Origin: an uncultured archaeon
GTDB lineage: Archaea; Nanobdellota; Nanobdellia; Pacearchaeales; GW2011-AR1
Assembly (NCBI GenBank): GCA_903873955.1
Contig: CAIQQL010000116.1
Location: 1-44,490 of the forward strand
DNA: 44,490 nucleotides
Direction: 5' to 3'
Both the position numbers and the translations under genes were made by a program. Under the pieces are notes generated by a model. It was not told where the DNA came from, made no database searches, and was given only the letters and a program-made list of their open reading frames with translations. Positions 31,100 to 42,079 of this stretch are shown one piece after another (position 1 is the first letter of the stretch; the number at the start of each line of letters is the position of its first letter).

Positions 31100-33964
31100 A
31101 TGGCATATATCAAAAAATTGGTGATGACTGGATTCAAATCCTTTGCTAAACGAACAGAAATCGTATTTGACAAAGGGATTAATGTCATCCTTGGACCCAA
31201 CGGCTCAGGAAAAAGCAATGTCTCTGATGCATTATGTTTCGTCCTAGGTCGTCTTTCCATCAAATCCATGAGAGCTGCCAAGGCAAAAAACCTGCTGTTC
31301 ATGGGCTCGAAATATGTCAAACCTGCACGCGAAGCCACGGTCGAGCTGGTCTTTGATAACTCTGACCATATCTTCAGCATTGATAAAGAAGAGGTCACCA
31401 TCAAACGTTCTGTGCGCATCAACGGCCAGAGCATCTATAAGATCAATGATGAGACAAAGACGCGTGTAGAAATCATCGAGATGTTGGCTCAGGCAGGGAT
31501 TGACCCTCACGGGTTCAACCTGGTCCTGCAGGGTCAAATCCAGGCCATTGTCAACATGCAACCTGAAGAACGAAGGAAGATCATTGAAGAGGTCGCAGGC
31601 ATCTCGATCTATGAGTCAAAGAAAGAGAAATCACTCCATGAGCTTGAGAAAGCAGATGAGAAACTAAAACAGGTAGCAGGCATCCTGCGTGAACGTACAT
31701 CGTATCTGAAAAATCTTGACCGTGAACGCTCGCAGGCATTGAGGTTCAAAGAACTCGAGCTCACCATCAAACGAGTCAAAGCATCCATTGCCCAACGAAG
31801 ACTTGAGGAAAAGAACAGGGATGTGGAAGCCACCGAGAAATCCATCAAAGGATGGGAAGAGAAAAGAGACAAGATCAAGATAGAGATTGACAAAGACCGT
31901 AGTGAGATAGACAAGCTTTCTGAAAAGATAACGCAGATAGGAAAATATATCCAGCAGGCAACAGGTTTTGAGCAGGAGACGCTGCATACCCAGGTCGCCA
32001 ACCTCAAGGCAGAGATTGAAGGCCAGAAGGTACGAAAAGAGAATTTTGAACACCGATGCAGGGAGATAGAACGAAGAATCGGTGAACTTTCCAGCCAGAT
32101 TCCGGTGATGGAAGAGGAGATCAAGCAGCTCAAACAGAAGTCACCCATCATGGCCAAAAAAGTCCAGGAGCTCAAGAAAAAACGTGATGAACTTGCAGTC
32201 ATTGAAGAAGAGCGAAGAAAAGCCCTGACGTTCAGGACTGAGCTCAATGCCTTACGCGAACGCATCAAGGACAAAGAACGCCAGCTTACCCGTAATGGGG
32301 TCGACTCTGAATTCATCTTAAAACAGCTTGAGGACTATTCGATAGGGCTTCTGTATACCGGAGAGGAAGAATGCGCCAAAGCATTAAGCGACCTTAGAGA
32401 AGAGCTCAAGAAAAAACGTGAAGAGGTCAATAAAAGTCATGAACAGGAACTCAGCCATAGCAGAATCCTTTCTGTCTGTGAATCAGAAATCCGCAGGCTT
32501 GAAAAGATCATCGCAGATGTGCAGAAGATTGACGTATGCCCCTTATGCCAGAGCAAGATCACAGTCGACCACATAAGCCATGTCAATAATGACTGCCAGG
32601 AAAAAATAGAAAATTTCAGGAAAAACCAACTGCATTCCCAGCAAGAGATAAGTGCCCTCATAAATGCGAAAGAAAAACTGCGGGGAGAGATCCAGACCAC
32701 TGATGAAAAGATTTCTGCCCTGGAGCGGGAGTATATCCGTCATAAGACCATCAAGGACAAAAAAGACCAGCTGCGCAAAGTGCTTGAGCAAGAAAAGGTC
32801 ATCAAAGAAGAGATTCGGGTCTTTGAAGAAAAAATAAAAAACCTGGAGGCAAGAAGCGGAGAATTCTCCCTCAAAGATGAGCAATACCACGCAAAACTCC
32901 TGGAGATTGAAGAGATCAATTCACGAACTGAGGATGATACGGACACCAAGCTCCTCTATAGCCAGCGTGAACTTGACAAGATCCATTTTGTCTTGAAGCA
33001 ACAAAAGGAAGACATCAAAGAGGTCAGTACTGATGTCCAAACGATAACCAAGACGCTTGCCGAGAAGACCAAAGTCCTTGCCGAGAAAGAACTTCAGGAG
33101 AAGGCCCTCAATGAGAAGTTCAACAAGATGTTTGAAGAGAGAGACCGCCTCCAGAAGGACATCCAGACCAAGAACCTCAAGATCTCGGAAGACCAGACCC
33201 AGATGAGGAATATCGAAGAGCAGGCAAACCTGCTTCGCATAGGAAAAGCGAAACTTGACGCAGAAAAAGAGACCATAGAATATGAGCTTAAACAGTATCC
33301 GGATGTCGAGTTCATCCAAGGAAGCATAAAAGTCCTTGAAGAAAGGCTCATAAAATCCCAGGATGCCATGGGCCAGATAGGCCCAATCAACATGCGCGCC
33401 CTTGAAGTCTATGACCAGATGAAAAAAGAGTATGATGAAATCCAGGAGAAAGCAAACACCCTAGAAAAAGAAAAAATAGAGATCATGCACATCATCGAAG
33501 AGATTGACGTCAAGAAGAAACGAAGTTTCATGCGTACCTATCGGGCGATGAACGAGCTCTTCACCAGGAACTTCTCACAGCTCTACACCAAAGGTGTCGC
33601 TTTCCTTGAACTGGAAAACAAAGAGAACATCTTTGAAGGAGGAGTGAGCATTGTCATCAAGGTACAGAAAGGCAAATACATGGATGTGAAATCTCTCTCA
33701 GGAGGAGAGCAGACCCTTGTCGCGCTTTCCTTACTTTTTGCCATCCAGGAACACAAACCCTATCAATTTTATATCTTCGATGAGATTGATGCTGCTCTGG
33801 ACAAACGTAACTCTGAACGTCTTTCGGGGTTGCTCCAGCAGTATATGAAATCCGGACAGTATATTGTCGTGACCCACAACGACGCCATCATCCTGCAGTC
33901 CAATGTCCTCTATGGAGTAAGCATGCACGAAGGGGTCTCCAAGGTCCTCAGTCTCAAAGTATAA
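31100..33964 (+). CDS. smc: SMC-family ATPase with a central CxxC (zinc-hook-like) motif instead of an obvious hinge
   Basis: SMC head 'GFKSFAKRTEIVFDKGINVILGPNGSGKSNVSDAL' and 'QGQIQAIVNMQPEERRKIIEEVAGI'. C-terminal 'LSGGEQTLVALSLLFAI' and 'YIFDEIDAALD'. There are long E/K/R/L-rich coiled coils, and 'CPLC' sits at codons 480-483 of 954. Confidence 0.85.
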   Translation: MAYIKKLVMTGFKSFAKRTEIVFDKGINVILGPNGSGKSNVSDALCFVLGRLSIKSMRAAKAKNLLFMGSKYVKPAREATVELVFDNSDHIFSIDKEEVTIKRSVRINGQSIYKINDETKTRVEIIEMLAQAGIDPHGFNLVLQGQIQAIVNMQPEERRKIIEEVAGISIYESKKEKSLHELEKADEKLKQVAGILRERTSYLKNLDRERSQALRFKELELTIKRVKASIAQRRLEEKNRDVEATEKSIKGWEEKRDKIKIEIDKDRSEIDKLSEKITQIGKYIQQATGFEQETLHTQVANLKAEIEGQKVRKENFEHRCREIERRIGELSSQIPVMEEEIKQLKQKSPIMAKKVQELKKKRDELAVIEEERRKALTFRTELNALRERIKDKERQLTRNGVDSEFILKQLEDYSIGLLYTGEEECAKALSDLREELKKKREEVNKSHEQELSHSRILSVCESEIRRLEKIIADVQKIDVCPLCQSKITVDHISHVNNDCQEKIENFRKNQLHSQQEISALINAKEKLRGEIQTTDEKISALEREYIRHKTIKDKKDQLRKVLEQEKVIKEEIRVFEEKIKNLEARSGEFSLKDEQYHAKLLEIEEINSRTEDDTDTKLLYSQRELDKIHFVLKQQKEDIKEVSTDVQTITKTLAEKTKVLAEKELQEKALNEKFNKMFEERDRLQKDIQTKNLKISEDQTQMRNIEEQANLLRIGKAKLDAEKETIEYELKQYPDVEFIQGSIKVLEERLIKSQDAMGQIGPINMRALEVYDQMKKEYDEIQEKANTLEKEKIEIMHIIEEIDVKKKRSFMRTYRAMNELFTRNFSQLYTKGVAFLELENKENIFEGGVSIVIKVQKGKYMDVKSLSGGEQTLVALSLLFAIQEHKPYQFYIFDEIDAALDKRNSERLSGLLQQYMKSGQYIVVTHNDAIILQSNVLYGVSMHEGVSKVLSLKV

Positions 33965-34009
33965 TTTGGATTTCATAAACGTTTTATAACCAGTATTCTC
34001 ATTTATTTT

Positions 34010-34579
34010 ATGGAACACTATGGTTTTGCACAGTATGGCATGGACCTGGTAGACAGTTGTGCCACAACAGAACTTGCGACTTTCAAAGACAACGAGTTCA
34101 ATGTGCAACGCCTACTAGAAAAGGGACTCTGTGAAAAGATTGCCGAGCGCGAACTTACCCTCTCACTCCAAGACAGCCTAGTTTTTGTACGTGCACAACC
34201 CCAGGATCTCTCCTCTGTTACGGTGGTACGAGAACTTACACTTCCCCTCTCAATCTATTCTTCACTTCGATCCCCGCGCTACCACCTCATCGCTTCTCTC
34301 TTGCATGGCCGAGGGTTTACTCTCGGCCTTAACAATAAACGGGTTGCCCCTGCAGCATTCAGGATGGGTACCGAGCTCCCGTTATATTTCAATGCTCCCC
34401 CTTCCAAGGAGTATGGCATCTATGTGGGTTTGCATCTTAATGAACAGCCAGCCGCTCAATCTCAAAAGATTCAGGAGATCATTGCAGAAACCCTTAGTGC
34501 ATATTTTGAACCCCTCAGCAATAAAAGGGCAGAATTCACCCCTATTGGTACGAATGCTCCAATCTTAAGAAAGAGATAA
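34010..34579 (+). CDS. Hypothetical protein (189 aa)
   Basis: An ORF in an otherwise empty interval. I recognise no family. An overlapping same-strand ORF (34185..34568) makes the coding frame less certain. Confidence 0.35.
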   Translation: MEHYGFAQYGMDLVDSCATTELATFKDNEFNVQRLLEKGLCEKIAERELTLSLQDSLVFVRAQPQDLSSVTVVRELTLPLSIYSSLRSPRYHLIASLLHGRGFTLGLNNKRVAPAAFRMGTELPLYFNAPPSKEYGIYVGLHLNEQPAAQSQKIQEIIAETLSAYFEPLSNKRAEFTPIGTNAPILRKR

Positions 34580-34600
34580 TCCTTATCCCCAGGTTCCGAC

Positions 34601-35278
34601 CTAGAAAAGTTTTGCCTGTTCAGTACCTGAAAAGAGATCTTTCCACGTTGCCCAGGTCTTTCGAAAGATGCCTGAGTTCTCGAGTTCCTTCCCGTGTTTC
34701 CTGATAAAAGATTTTGTCATGGGATCTGAAGGATATCCTGAACCGATATCCCCATAAGCAGCAAATTGCTTCCTTATCTTAGCAACTTCCTCTTCCCGTG
34801 CGCATTTTGCAAGGATTGAAGCCGCCGATACGGACGGATGGTTCGCATCAGCCTTATGTTCACATAAGACCTCCAGGTTTGCCGGATGGGTGATGAACGT
34901 GAGTAAGGTGGCCCGCCAGGCTTTGATATTCACCGATGGACAATCAACAATCACCCTGATAGTCTCTGTCTCTTTATTTAACGTATTGATGATCTCTGCC
35001 GTCTTTTTTGCTTCAAGCGTATTAAGATTCGTTCCCGTATTCAAAGACTCATCAATTGCCGGCGCGGACGTCCCGACTACCTTAAAACCCACTGCGTTGG
35101 ATTCAATGATTTCTGCCAGACGCATGCGTACCGGATGCGCAAGCACTTTTGAATCATCGACACCTGACTCTTTGAGAAACAGGTTTTGCTCTTCAGTCAC
35201 CAGCACACCAGCGAGCATCATAGGCCCGATAAGAGGCCCTCTTCCAGCATCATCAATCCCTAAGATTAACATGTGCAT
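34601..35278 (-). CDS. rnhB: Ribonuclease HII
   Basis: 'ILGIDDAGRGPLIGPMMLAGV' (DEDD first motif), 'VIVDCPS' and 'ASILAK'. Confidence 0.9.
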   Translation of the reverse strand: MHMLILGIDDAGRGPLIGPMMLAGVLVTEEQNLFLKESGVDDSKVLAHPVRMRLAEIIESNAVGFKVVGTSAPAIDESLNTGTNLNTLEAKKTAEIINTLNKETETIRVIVDCPSVNIKAWRATLLTFITHPANLEVLCEHKADANHPSVSAASILAKCAREEEVAKIRKQFAAYGDIGSGYPSDPMTKSFIRKHGKELENSGIFRKTWATWKDLFSGTEQAKLF

Positions 35279-35336
35279 AAGAAAAGTCTTTGTTTTATAT
35301 TACTTTCTACAACTCTTCCCCCTGAAAGAAAGAGTA

Positions 35337-36581
35337 CTATTTTTTAAAACCCCTGATATGCTTTGGACTAATCGCAACAACGCAATGGCCGTTCAATTTT
35401 GCGACTGCCCGCACTTCATCCAGGGTCACTTGAGCGATCCGCTCCTTTCTACGAAAATAAGATCCTGATCCAAGGCCATCTTCTTCGCGTTCAAGCAATT
35501 CAAGGGCAAGATCCAGATTGGTCTCTTCCTCATTTTCAATCCTTCCTAAAATCATGCGCCGATTCTCTGCAAATTCCCTGGAGTCCATTTGTTCTGCGGA
35601 AGCAAATCCTGCCCGGATTAGGTCGATAACCTCTGCAGCATTCTTGGGATTGGTCCCTAATTCAATGGTATAATCTCCGTAATCCCTGCCCCAGCAGTAT
35701 AAGCTCGAGATCCCATACGTCAAACCCCTTTTTTCACGAATCTCCTGATACAATTCTGAAAAAAATCCTCCAGTGAGAAAGTTATCGAGAAAGCTGAATG
35801 CAAAACTCTCCCGTGTATTTGCAATCGGGGCGTGCATAGCAAAACCTAAATGACACTGTTCCAGATTATCACGAATCAGAATATAATCTCTCGGCTGCCT
35901 CTTTTTGATTGGAGGAGTTGGAGAAAGCTCTTTTCCTCGCCCATTAAGGATATTTCTTTCCAGAGCCCGCTCAAAGTTGTCCGATAACGCCCTCATCTCT
36001 ACCGGACCTACGGCGCAAATGACGAAATTCTTAGGAAGGTAGCCTTGTTGCCAAATCTCCAGAAGGTTAGTTGTGCTCATCCTGGAAAGAGAAACATGAC
36101 TCCCTAACACATTTCCTCCAAAGGGGCGAGCGTACAGTGCCGCCTGCGAAGCTTCATTTATTACACATTCCGGATCGTCATGATAAAGCCCCTGCTCCTC
36201 ATACACTACTTTTCGTTCAATTCCAAAAGCATAGGAGGTAAATTCGGGAGGCTTTCCTGCCAAAAGGGTCAGGAAAGAAATCCCTTCACCGACATATTTC
36301 GGGTTAACATTCACATAAACCTTAGTCTGGAAATAGCTTGTGTCTGCATTAAGAGATCCTCCTTTCCGCTCAATTGAACGCGCAAGCGCCACCCTTTCAT
36401 TGTCCGTATGACTCTTAAAAAGCAGATGTTCTAAAAAATGATGTGCCCCTTTTATTTCAGGAGGGTCATGCACAGCCCCTCGGGGTATCGCTATTGCCAA
36501 AGCAACGTTTTTATGCACCTCTGGCCCGTTATAACCGATGAATCTTGCCCCACATTGAAGCGTTCTTTCGTATAGAGACAT
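35337..36581 (-). CDS. M16 (pitrilysin) family zinc peptidase
   Basis: Inverted zinc motif HxxEH in 'GAHHFLEHLLFK', followed by the downstream Glu region. The size is typical for single-chain M16B. Confidence 0.8.
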   Translation of the reverse strand: MSLYERTLQCGARFIGYNGPEVHKNVALAIAIPRGAVHDPPEIKGAHHFLEHLLFKSHTDNERVALARSIERKGGSLNADTSYFQTKVYVNVNPKYVGEGISFLTLLAGKPPEFTSYAFGIERKVVYEEQGLYHDDPECVINEASQAALYARPFGGNVLGSHVSLSRMSTTNLLEIWQQGYLPKNFVICAVGPVEMRALSDNFERALERNILNGRGKELSPTPPIKKRQPRDYILIRDNLEQCHLGFAMHAPIANTRESFAFSFLDNFLTGGFFSELYQEIREKRGLTYGISSLYCWGRDYGDYTIELGTNPKNAAEVIDLIRAGFASAEQMDSREFAENRRMILGRIENEEETNLDLALELLEREEDGLGSGSYFRRKERIAQVTLDEVRAVAKLNGHCVVAISPKHIRGFKK

Positions 36582-36703
36582 GAATGCAACATCAGGCAGG
36601 AGTACTAAAAGATTATGTCATTTAAGGATATACTATTGAGTCAATAACGTCGGAATTAAAATAACCTCCGGAAAAAGAACAGAATGTATTATTTTTTAAA
36701 ATC

Positions 36704-37024
36704 CTACTTGAAGGGTTTACAGTTAAAGAACTTCTTTTCGAAATCGACTATCTTTCCTCCCTTGACCAAAACGCCCTCTTGTCTGAGCAGGGCAATCTTC
36801 TTTTTAGGACCTGATGCAAATCCTCCCAAATCGCCATTCGCATTTACAACCCTATGACAAGGGACATTAGGTGCATACGGATTATGATGGAGTGCAGTCC
36901 CAACGGCACGGTAAGCTTGGGTGCCAAGTGCATGAGCCAGCGATTGATAGGTGGTGACCTTCCCTTTTGGAACTGTCTTCAGCAGGGCATAGCATCGTTC
37001 ACTAAAAGAATTTTTTATAGGCAT
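36704..37024 (-). CDS. ogt: Methylated-DNA--protein-cysteine methyltransferase (single-domain MGMT/Ogt)
   Basis: Active-site 'VPCHRVV' and the HTH segment 'YQSLAHALGTQAYRAVGTALHHNP'. Confidence 0.85.
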   Translation of the reverse strand: MPIKNSFSERCYALLKTVPKGKVTTYQSLAHALGTQAYRAVGTALHHNPYAPNVPCHRVVNANGDLGGFASGPKKKIALLRQEGVLVKGGKIVDFEKKFFNCKPFK

Positions 37025-37068
37025 CCAGGTTATAATATGCTACCATTAAAATATATTGTGCAGCTATC

Positions 37069-37698
37069 CTACCCTAGACTTGGATCCGCATCCTCAAGGA
37101 GCGTAGGCTTCTCATCTTTATGCCCAATCAAACGCATAAACTCAGTCACTGCCACAGGCAAGAACAAGATATCATCTTCCTTTGTATAGTGCCCCCGGTT
37201 TTTCTCAATGAGGACCCTTGCACCTAATTCGTTCTGGAAAATAGAGGCATTTTCATGGACACACCCATACCAATCATTCTCAGACAAGAGCACAGTGACC
37301 CGAGGACTTATCTTACCAATCTTTATGAGGTCAATTGGTAGAGTCATCCAGGGTTTTGCGATAGATTCAATCTCGCTATTTTCAAGATTCTTCAACTGGA
37401 ACCATCCTGCAACGAAAAGACATCCTCCGACTTCACTTTTTTCAGGCAACGTGTCAAGATAACGCATAATTGCCTGGCATCCAATACTGTGTCCAATAAA
37501 ATAGGTTTCTTTTGTGGGTTTTTTTACCGCTTTCTTGATAGCCGTCACCCACTCATCAATTTTCGGGGCATCTCCATGGGGCATCTCCAGAACACGAACG
37601 CGTATCCCCTTTTCTTCAAGTTCCTTGACCAACCAAGGATACCAATCACTTTTTTTTGTCCCATCCCAGCGATGCACAAGAAAAACCCTCACAGCCAT
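37069..37698 (-). CDS. Alpha/beta hydrolase, RBBP9/YdeN-like serine hydrolase
   Basis: 'VFLVHRWDGTKKSDWYPWL' and the nucleophile elbow 'FIGHSIGC'. The size is about 200 aa. Confidence 0.65.
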   Translation of the reverse strand: MAVRVFLVHRWDGTKKSDWYPWLVKELEEKGIRVRVLEMPHGDAPKIDEWVTAIKKAVKKPTKETYFIGHSIGCQAIMRYLDTLPEKSEVGGCLFVAGWFQLKNLENSEIESIAKPWMTLPIDLIKIGKISPRVTVLLSENDWYGCVHENASIFQNELGARVLIEKNRGHYTKEDDILFLPVAVTEFMRLIGHKDEKPTLLEDADPSLG

Positions 37699-37854
37699 AG
37701 TTACTCTAGCAAGTTAAAGGATATAAATATTTCTTAAGGAAGGACTGAGAGATTGACCGTACAGAATGAAATATCGTCCCGCATCTTCCCTGCCTTGTTT
37801 TCTTATTTTTGACTAAATGCTTATGTTTATAAACGAAACTTTGGCTGTAACTCC

Positions 37855-38388
37855 ATGATTAAGATCAAAGGCCATGAAATTGCAATCCCTCATGTCAAGG
37901 ACTCATTCAATCGCAGAGCTGTACAGCTCCAGAACAGCATCATATTAACCTTGAAGCCGTTAGGCATCGAACGGGATGATGTGCATCTCCCTATGGAAAA
38001 AGTCGCACAGAAGAAGGCCCCTGCCTCAGTAGGATGGTATTTTGATAACCGGAATCTCAAGTACAGCTATGCACTACGACCAAGCTTTGTCGAGAACCTG
38101 ATGGTCATTGACAAGATCCTCAAACTCGAGGTACAAAGGCTCCTTTCTGAAGAGATATCCACAGAAGAATTTGTACGCGAGTTCTCTGAAGATGATGATC
38201 TGGAAGAACAGCGTCTTGAGGCAAGAAAGCTTTTAGGGGTCTCACCTGATGAGACCAGTTTTGAGGTCATCAATAAAAACTATAAACTACTTGCCAAGAA
38301 ATGCCACCCTGACATGCCTGAAGGCGACCACTTATTATTCCAAAAAATCAACGCGGCCCACAAACTCCTCCGTAAAGAGTTGACCTAA
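37855..38388 (+). CDS. J-domain-containing protein (C-terminal J domain only)
   Basis: 'ARKLLGVSPDETSFEVINKNYKLLAKKCHPDM' contains the HPD tripeptide. There is no G/F or zinc-finger region. Confidence 0.7.
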   Translation: MIKIKGHEIAIPHVKDSFNRRAVQLQNSIILTLKPLGIERDDVHLPMEKVAQKKAPASVGWYFDNRNLKYSYALRPSFVENLMVIDKILKLEVQRLLSEEISTEEFVREFSEDDDLEEQRLEARKLLGVSPDETSFEVINKNYKLLAKKCHPDMPEGDHLLFQKINAAHKLLRKELT

Positions 38389-38462
38389 AGTACTGATTTA
38401 GACTGTACTTCACCAAAAGAGGACGTAGAATAATTTATTAAGCGATTTTTTGACTATATCTT

Positions 38463-38987
38463 ATGAACAATATGAACGAAGAAGAAAAATCTGAAACACC
38501 AGAAGAGAAAACACCAGTAGCAGATCCATACAAGCAACTAGCAGAGGAAAGATTGGACCAACTCAGGTACTTACAAGCTGACTTTGACAATTACAGAAAG
38601 AAGTTCGATAAAGAAAAAGAAGCCATCATAAAACTCGCAAATGAGAACCTGATAAAAGAACTGATTGTGCTCCTTGATGATTTTGAAAGTTCGATACGAC
38701 TGACAGAAAATGAGGAGAACAAAGAGGGCATAGCGCTTCTGCACAAAAAGTTTTTTAGTCTTTTACAAAAAAACGGGTTAAAAGAGATTGAGGCCCTAGG
38801 CAAAAAGTTTGACCCTTATTTTCACGAAGTCCTGTGCAAGGAATTAAGCGAGCATAGCGACCAACAAGTTATTGAAGAGATACAAAAGGGATATGTCCTT
38901 GGGCCAAAGGTTATTCGGCCCACCAAGGTGAAAATATCAGAAAAGATCGCAAAGCAACCTTTAAAAACGAAAGATAAGACAGAGTAG
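38463..38987 (+). CDS. grpE: Nucleotide exchange factor GrpE
   Basis: '[20 protein letters not shown]' and the C-terminal '[18 protein letters not shown]' are typical of GrpE. It lies immediately upstream of dnaK. Confidence 0.85.
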   Translation: MNNMNEEEKSETPEEKTPVADPYKQLAEERLDQLRYLQADFDNYRKKFDKEKEAIIKLANENLIKELIVLLDDFESSIRLTENEENKEGIALLHKKFFSLLQKNGLKEIEALGKKFDPYFHEVLCKELSEHSDQQVIEEIQKGYVLGPKVIRPTKVKISEKIAKQPLKTKDKTE

Positions 38988-38988
38988 T

Positions 38989-40869
38989 ATGGCAAAAGAA
39001 AAAATCATCGGAATCGACCTGGGCACATCCAATAGCCAGGCAGCTATTGTCCTTGGCGGAAAGCCGACCATTATCCCTTCTGCTGAAGGAGTTACCGTCG
39101 CAGGAAAGATGTTCCCGTCAGTTGTAGCCTTCACTAAAGAAGGGAACCTGCTCATTGGAGAACCTGCTAAAAGACAGGCAATAACCAATCCAGAAGGGAC
39201 AATAATGAAAGCGAAAAGAAAGATGGGTACTGACTTTACCTACTCCATCCATGGCAAAGAGTATACCCCTCAACAAATCTCCTCCTATATCCTGCAAAAA
39301 ATAAAACGAGACGCTGAAAGCTTCTTGGGTGAAGAGATCAAAAAAGCAGTCATCACCGTACCAGCATACTTCAATGACAATCAAAGGACTGCAACAAAGG
39401 ATGCAGGAAAGATCGCAGGCTTGGAAGTCGTACGTCTCGTCAACGAGCCAACTGCCGCGTCTATGGCATATGGCCTTGACAAAGAAGGCGAGCATAAGAT
39501 TTTGGTGTTTGATCTGGGTGGCGGAACTTTAGATGTCACCGTCATGGAATTTGGCGATGGTACATTCACAGTCCTTTCCACCTCAGGTGATACACAACTC
39601 GGTGGAACAGACATGGATGAGGCAGTCATCAAATGGGTCATTGAGGAATTCAAGAAACAAGAAGGAATTGATCTCAATGAAGACCTGACTGCCATGCAAA
39701 GAGTCCGTGAAGGAGCTGAAAGGGCCAAAATTGAGCTTTCTACAGTCATGGAGACTGAAATAAACCTCCCCTATATCTCTGCAACCAATACCGGACCTAA
39801 ACACATCCTTTTGAAGATATCACGATCAAAGCTTGAACAACTGATAGAACCGCTCATCAAAAGATGCTTGCATCCAGTGGAACAAGCACTAAAAGACGCC
39901 AAACTAAAGAAAGAAGAACTCTATAAAATCATCCTCGTGGGCGGACCTACGCGAATGCCCGTCATTCAGAAATTCATTGAAGAGAATGTGGGAAAGAAAG
40001 TTGAAAAGGTCGTAGACCCTATGGAATGTGTCGCCATGGGTGCTGCAATCCAAGGAGCTATTTTGTCAGGGGATATTACCGATATTGTCTTATTGGATGT
40101 CACACCTCTAACGTTAGGGATTGAAACATTAGGAGAAGTAATGACTCCGCTTATTGAAAGAAACACTACTATCCCTACAAAGAAAAGCCAGATTTTCTCA
40201 ACTGCAAGCGATTTCCAAACTGCTGTGACCATCCACGTCTTGCAAGGGGAAAGACCTATGGCCAAGAACAATACAAGCTTAGGCAATTTTAATCTAATCG
40301 GCCTGCCTCCTGCGCCAAGAGGGATCCCGCAGATTGAAGTCACGTTTGATATCGATTCTAACGGAATCATCAGTGTAAAAGCCAAAGACTTAGGCACAGG
40401 AAAAGAGCAAAAAATGACGGTCACCGCTTCCACTAAGCTTTCTGACAAGGAAATCGAAAAAATGGTCAGTGAAGCAAAAGAACATGAAGAAGAAGACAAG
40501 AAGAAAAGGGAAGAGATTGAAGCCAGGAACAATGCTGATGCGATGGTTTACAGTTTTGAGAAAACCCTTGCTGACCTTGGAGACAAATTAACCGCTCAAC
40601 AAAAAGAAAGGATACAACAAGCATTAACGAAAGTCAAAGATGCCTTAAAAGGTGACAATGTTGCAGCGATCACGAGCTCTTCGGAAGAACTTGAAAAAGT
40701 CATGCAGGAGATAAGCACGAGCGTATATGAAGAAGCAGCAAAGAAATATGCCCAGGAAAAAGGCAAGACCAAATCAGAGGTCGGAGAAGAAGACAACCTC
40801 AAAGACTCCAAAGACAAGGACGGCGCTATTGACGCAGAATACGAAGTAAAAGACGAAAAAAAAGAATAA
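38989..40869 (+). CDS. dnaK: Molecular chaperone DnaK (Hsp70)
   Basis: '[11 protein letters not shown]', '[21 protein letters not shown]', '[12 protein letters not shown]' and '[10 protein letters not shown]'. Confidence 0.97.
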   Translation: MAKEKIIGIDLGTSNSQAAIVLGGKPTIIPSAEGVTVAGKMFPSVVAFTKEGNLLIGEPAKRQAITNPEGTIMKAKRKMGTDFTYSIHGKEYTPQQISSYILQKIKRDAESFLGEEIKKAVITVPAYFNDNQRTATKDAGKIAGLEVVRLVNEPTAASMAYGLDKEGEHKILVFDLGGGTLDVTVMEFGDGTFTVLSTSGDTQLGGTDMDEAVIKWVIEEFKKQEGIDLNEDLTAMQRVREGAERAKIELSTVMETEINLPYISATNTGPKHILLKISRSKLEQLIEPLIKRCLHPVEQALKDAKLKKEELYKIILVGGPTRMPVIQKFIEENVGKKVEKVVDPMECVAMGAAIQGAILSGDITDIVLLDVTPLTLGIETLGEVMTPLIERNTTIPTKKSQIFSTASDFQTAVTIHVLQGERPMAKNNTSLGNFNLIGLPPAPRGIPQIEVTFDIDSNGIISVKAKDLGTGKEQKMTVTASTKLSDKEIEKMVSEAKEHEEEDKKKREEIEARNNADAMVYSFEKTLADLGDKLTAQQKERIQQALTKVKDALKGDNVAAITSSSEELEKVMQEISTSVYEEAAKKYAQEKGKTKSEVGEEDNLKDSKDKDGAIDAEYEVKDEKKE

Positions 40870-40973
40870 AGATACACTCTATCCCCCGTAAAACTCCCTC
40901 TTATTTTCATTAAGAAGTAAAACTTATAATAGTCAATTACTTTTTGAAATAACGATTCCGCGAGGTTTACCCT

Positions 40974-42023
40974 ATGCCAGAAAAAGATTACTACAAAATA
41001 CTGGAAGTTGAAAAAAACGCAAGTCAGGAAGAGATAAAAAAAGCATTCAGGCAACTTGCAAGAAAATATCATCCCGACCTCAATCAACATACCAAGGAAG
41101 CAGAAGAGAAGTTCAAAGAGATAAACGAGGCCTTTCAGGTCCTGGGCAATGAAAAAAAGAAAGCCCAATATGATCGTGGCGAGAGCGAATCCTTTAACCC
41201 AGGAGCATCCCAAGGGTTCAGAAGCACAGGATTTAATTTTGAAGACTTATTTTCGGACTTAAGAGGGGAAGATTTCTTCAATAGAGGAGGAGGTCAAGAA
41301 CGAGAGGATTATGTATCGGGAGCCGATTTACAGTATAACCTGGAAATAACCTTGGAAGAAGCATTTTCAGGAACTAAAAAAGTGTTTGAGATGCCCATCT
41401 CAGAGATATGTAAAACATGCAAGGGCATTGGTGCTGAAGAAAAAGACCTGAAAGTATGCTCCACATGTGAGGGTACGGGAAAAATCAAGCATGCCAGAAG
41501 GAATAGCTTTATCCAATTCTTAGGGATTTCAGCGTGCACTACCTGCGGAGGTCTTGGAAAAGTTGCTACAAAGTATTGCGAGAACTGCAAAGGCAAAGGA
41601 AAAGTCAAAAAAAACCAGAAGATTGAGGTCACCATACCTAAAGGAGTGAACTCTGGGCAGTATCTTAGACTGGAAGGCAAGGGAGAACCTGGAAGAAATG
41701 CCTCTGCAGGGGATTTGTTTGTGGTCATCCATGTTGCACCTAACCATTTATTCAAAAGAGAGGAAGAAAACCTGTTCTTAGAAAAAAAGATAGATCTAGC
41801 GACAGCAATCTTTGGTGGAAGCATAGATATCCAAGGCATTGACAAGAAATTAAAATTGAAAATCCCAGACGGAACGGAAAGCCATACTTTTTTCAAGCTT
41901 AAAAAACAAGGAATGCCATTTTTAGACTCAAGGAAGCGAGGAGACCTATTCATAAAAATAATTGTCGAGATACCAAAATTAGGCAAGGATAAAGAGAAGA
42001 CCTTCAAGCAATTCATAGGATAG
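40974..42023 (+). CDS. dnaJ: Molecular chaperone DnaJ (type I)
   Basis: J domain '[31 protein letters not shown]' and four CxxCxGxG repeats ([32 protein letters not shown]). Confidence 0.93.
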   Translation: MPEKDYYKILEVEKNASQEEIKKAFRQLARKYHPDLNQHTKEAEEKFKEINEAFQVLGNEKKKAQYDRGESESFNPGASQGFRSTGFNFEDLFSDLRGEDFFNRGGGQEREDYVSGADLQYNLEITLEEAFSGTKKVFEMPISEICKTCKGIGAEEKDLKVCSTCEGTGKIKHARRNSFIQFLGISACTTCGGLGKVATKYCENCKGKGKVKKNQKIEVTIPKGVNSGQYLRLEGKGEPGRNASAGDLFVVIHVAPNHLFKREEENLFLEKKIDLATAIFGGSIDIQGIDKKLKLKIPDGTESHTFFKLKKQGMPFLDSRKRGDLFIKIIVEIPKLGKDKEKTFKQFIG

Positions 42024-42079
42024 TAAAAATATTCATTCTCTTCTTTGCTCAGGATTATCTTATGCTTTTGAGGCCCTGA

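Noticed and set aside
31100-33964. Annotating the 954-aa ATPase as Rad50 because of the central CxxC.
   Set aside because: The head motifs (GFKSF, QGxI..P.ERR..EE.AGI, LSGGE..L.AL.LLFAI, DE.DAALD) are SMC-type, and no mre11, herA or nurA gene is adjacent. I kept it as SMC-like with a hook and flagged it as a finding.
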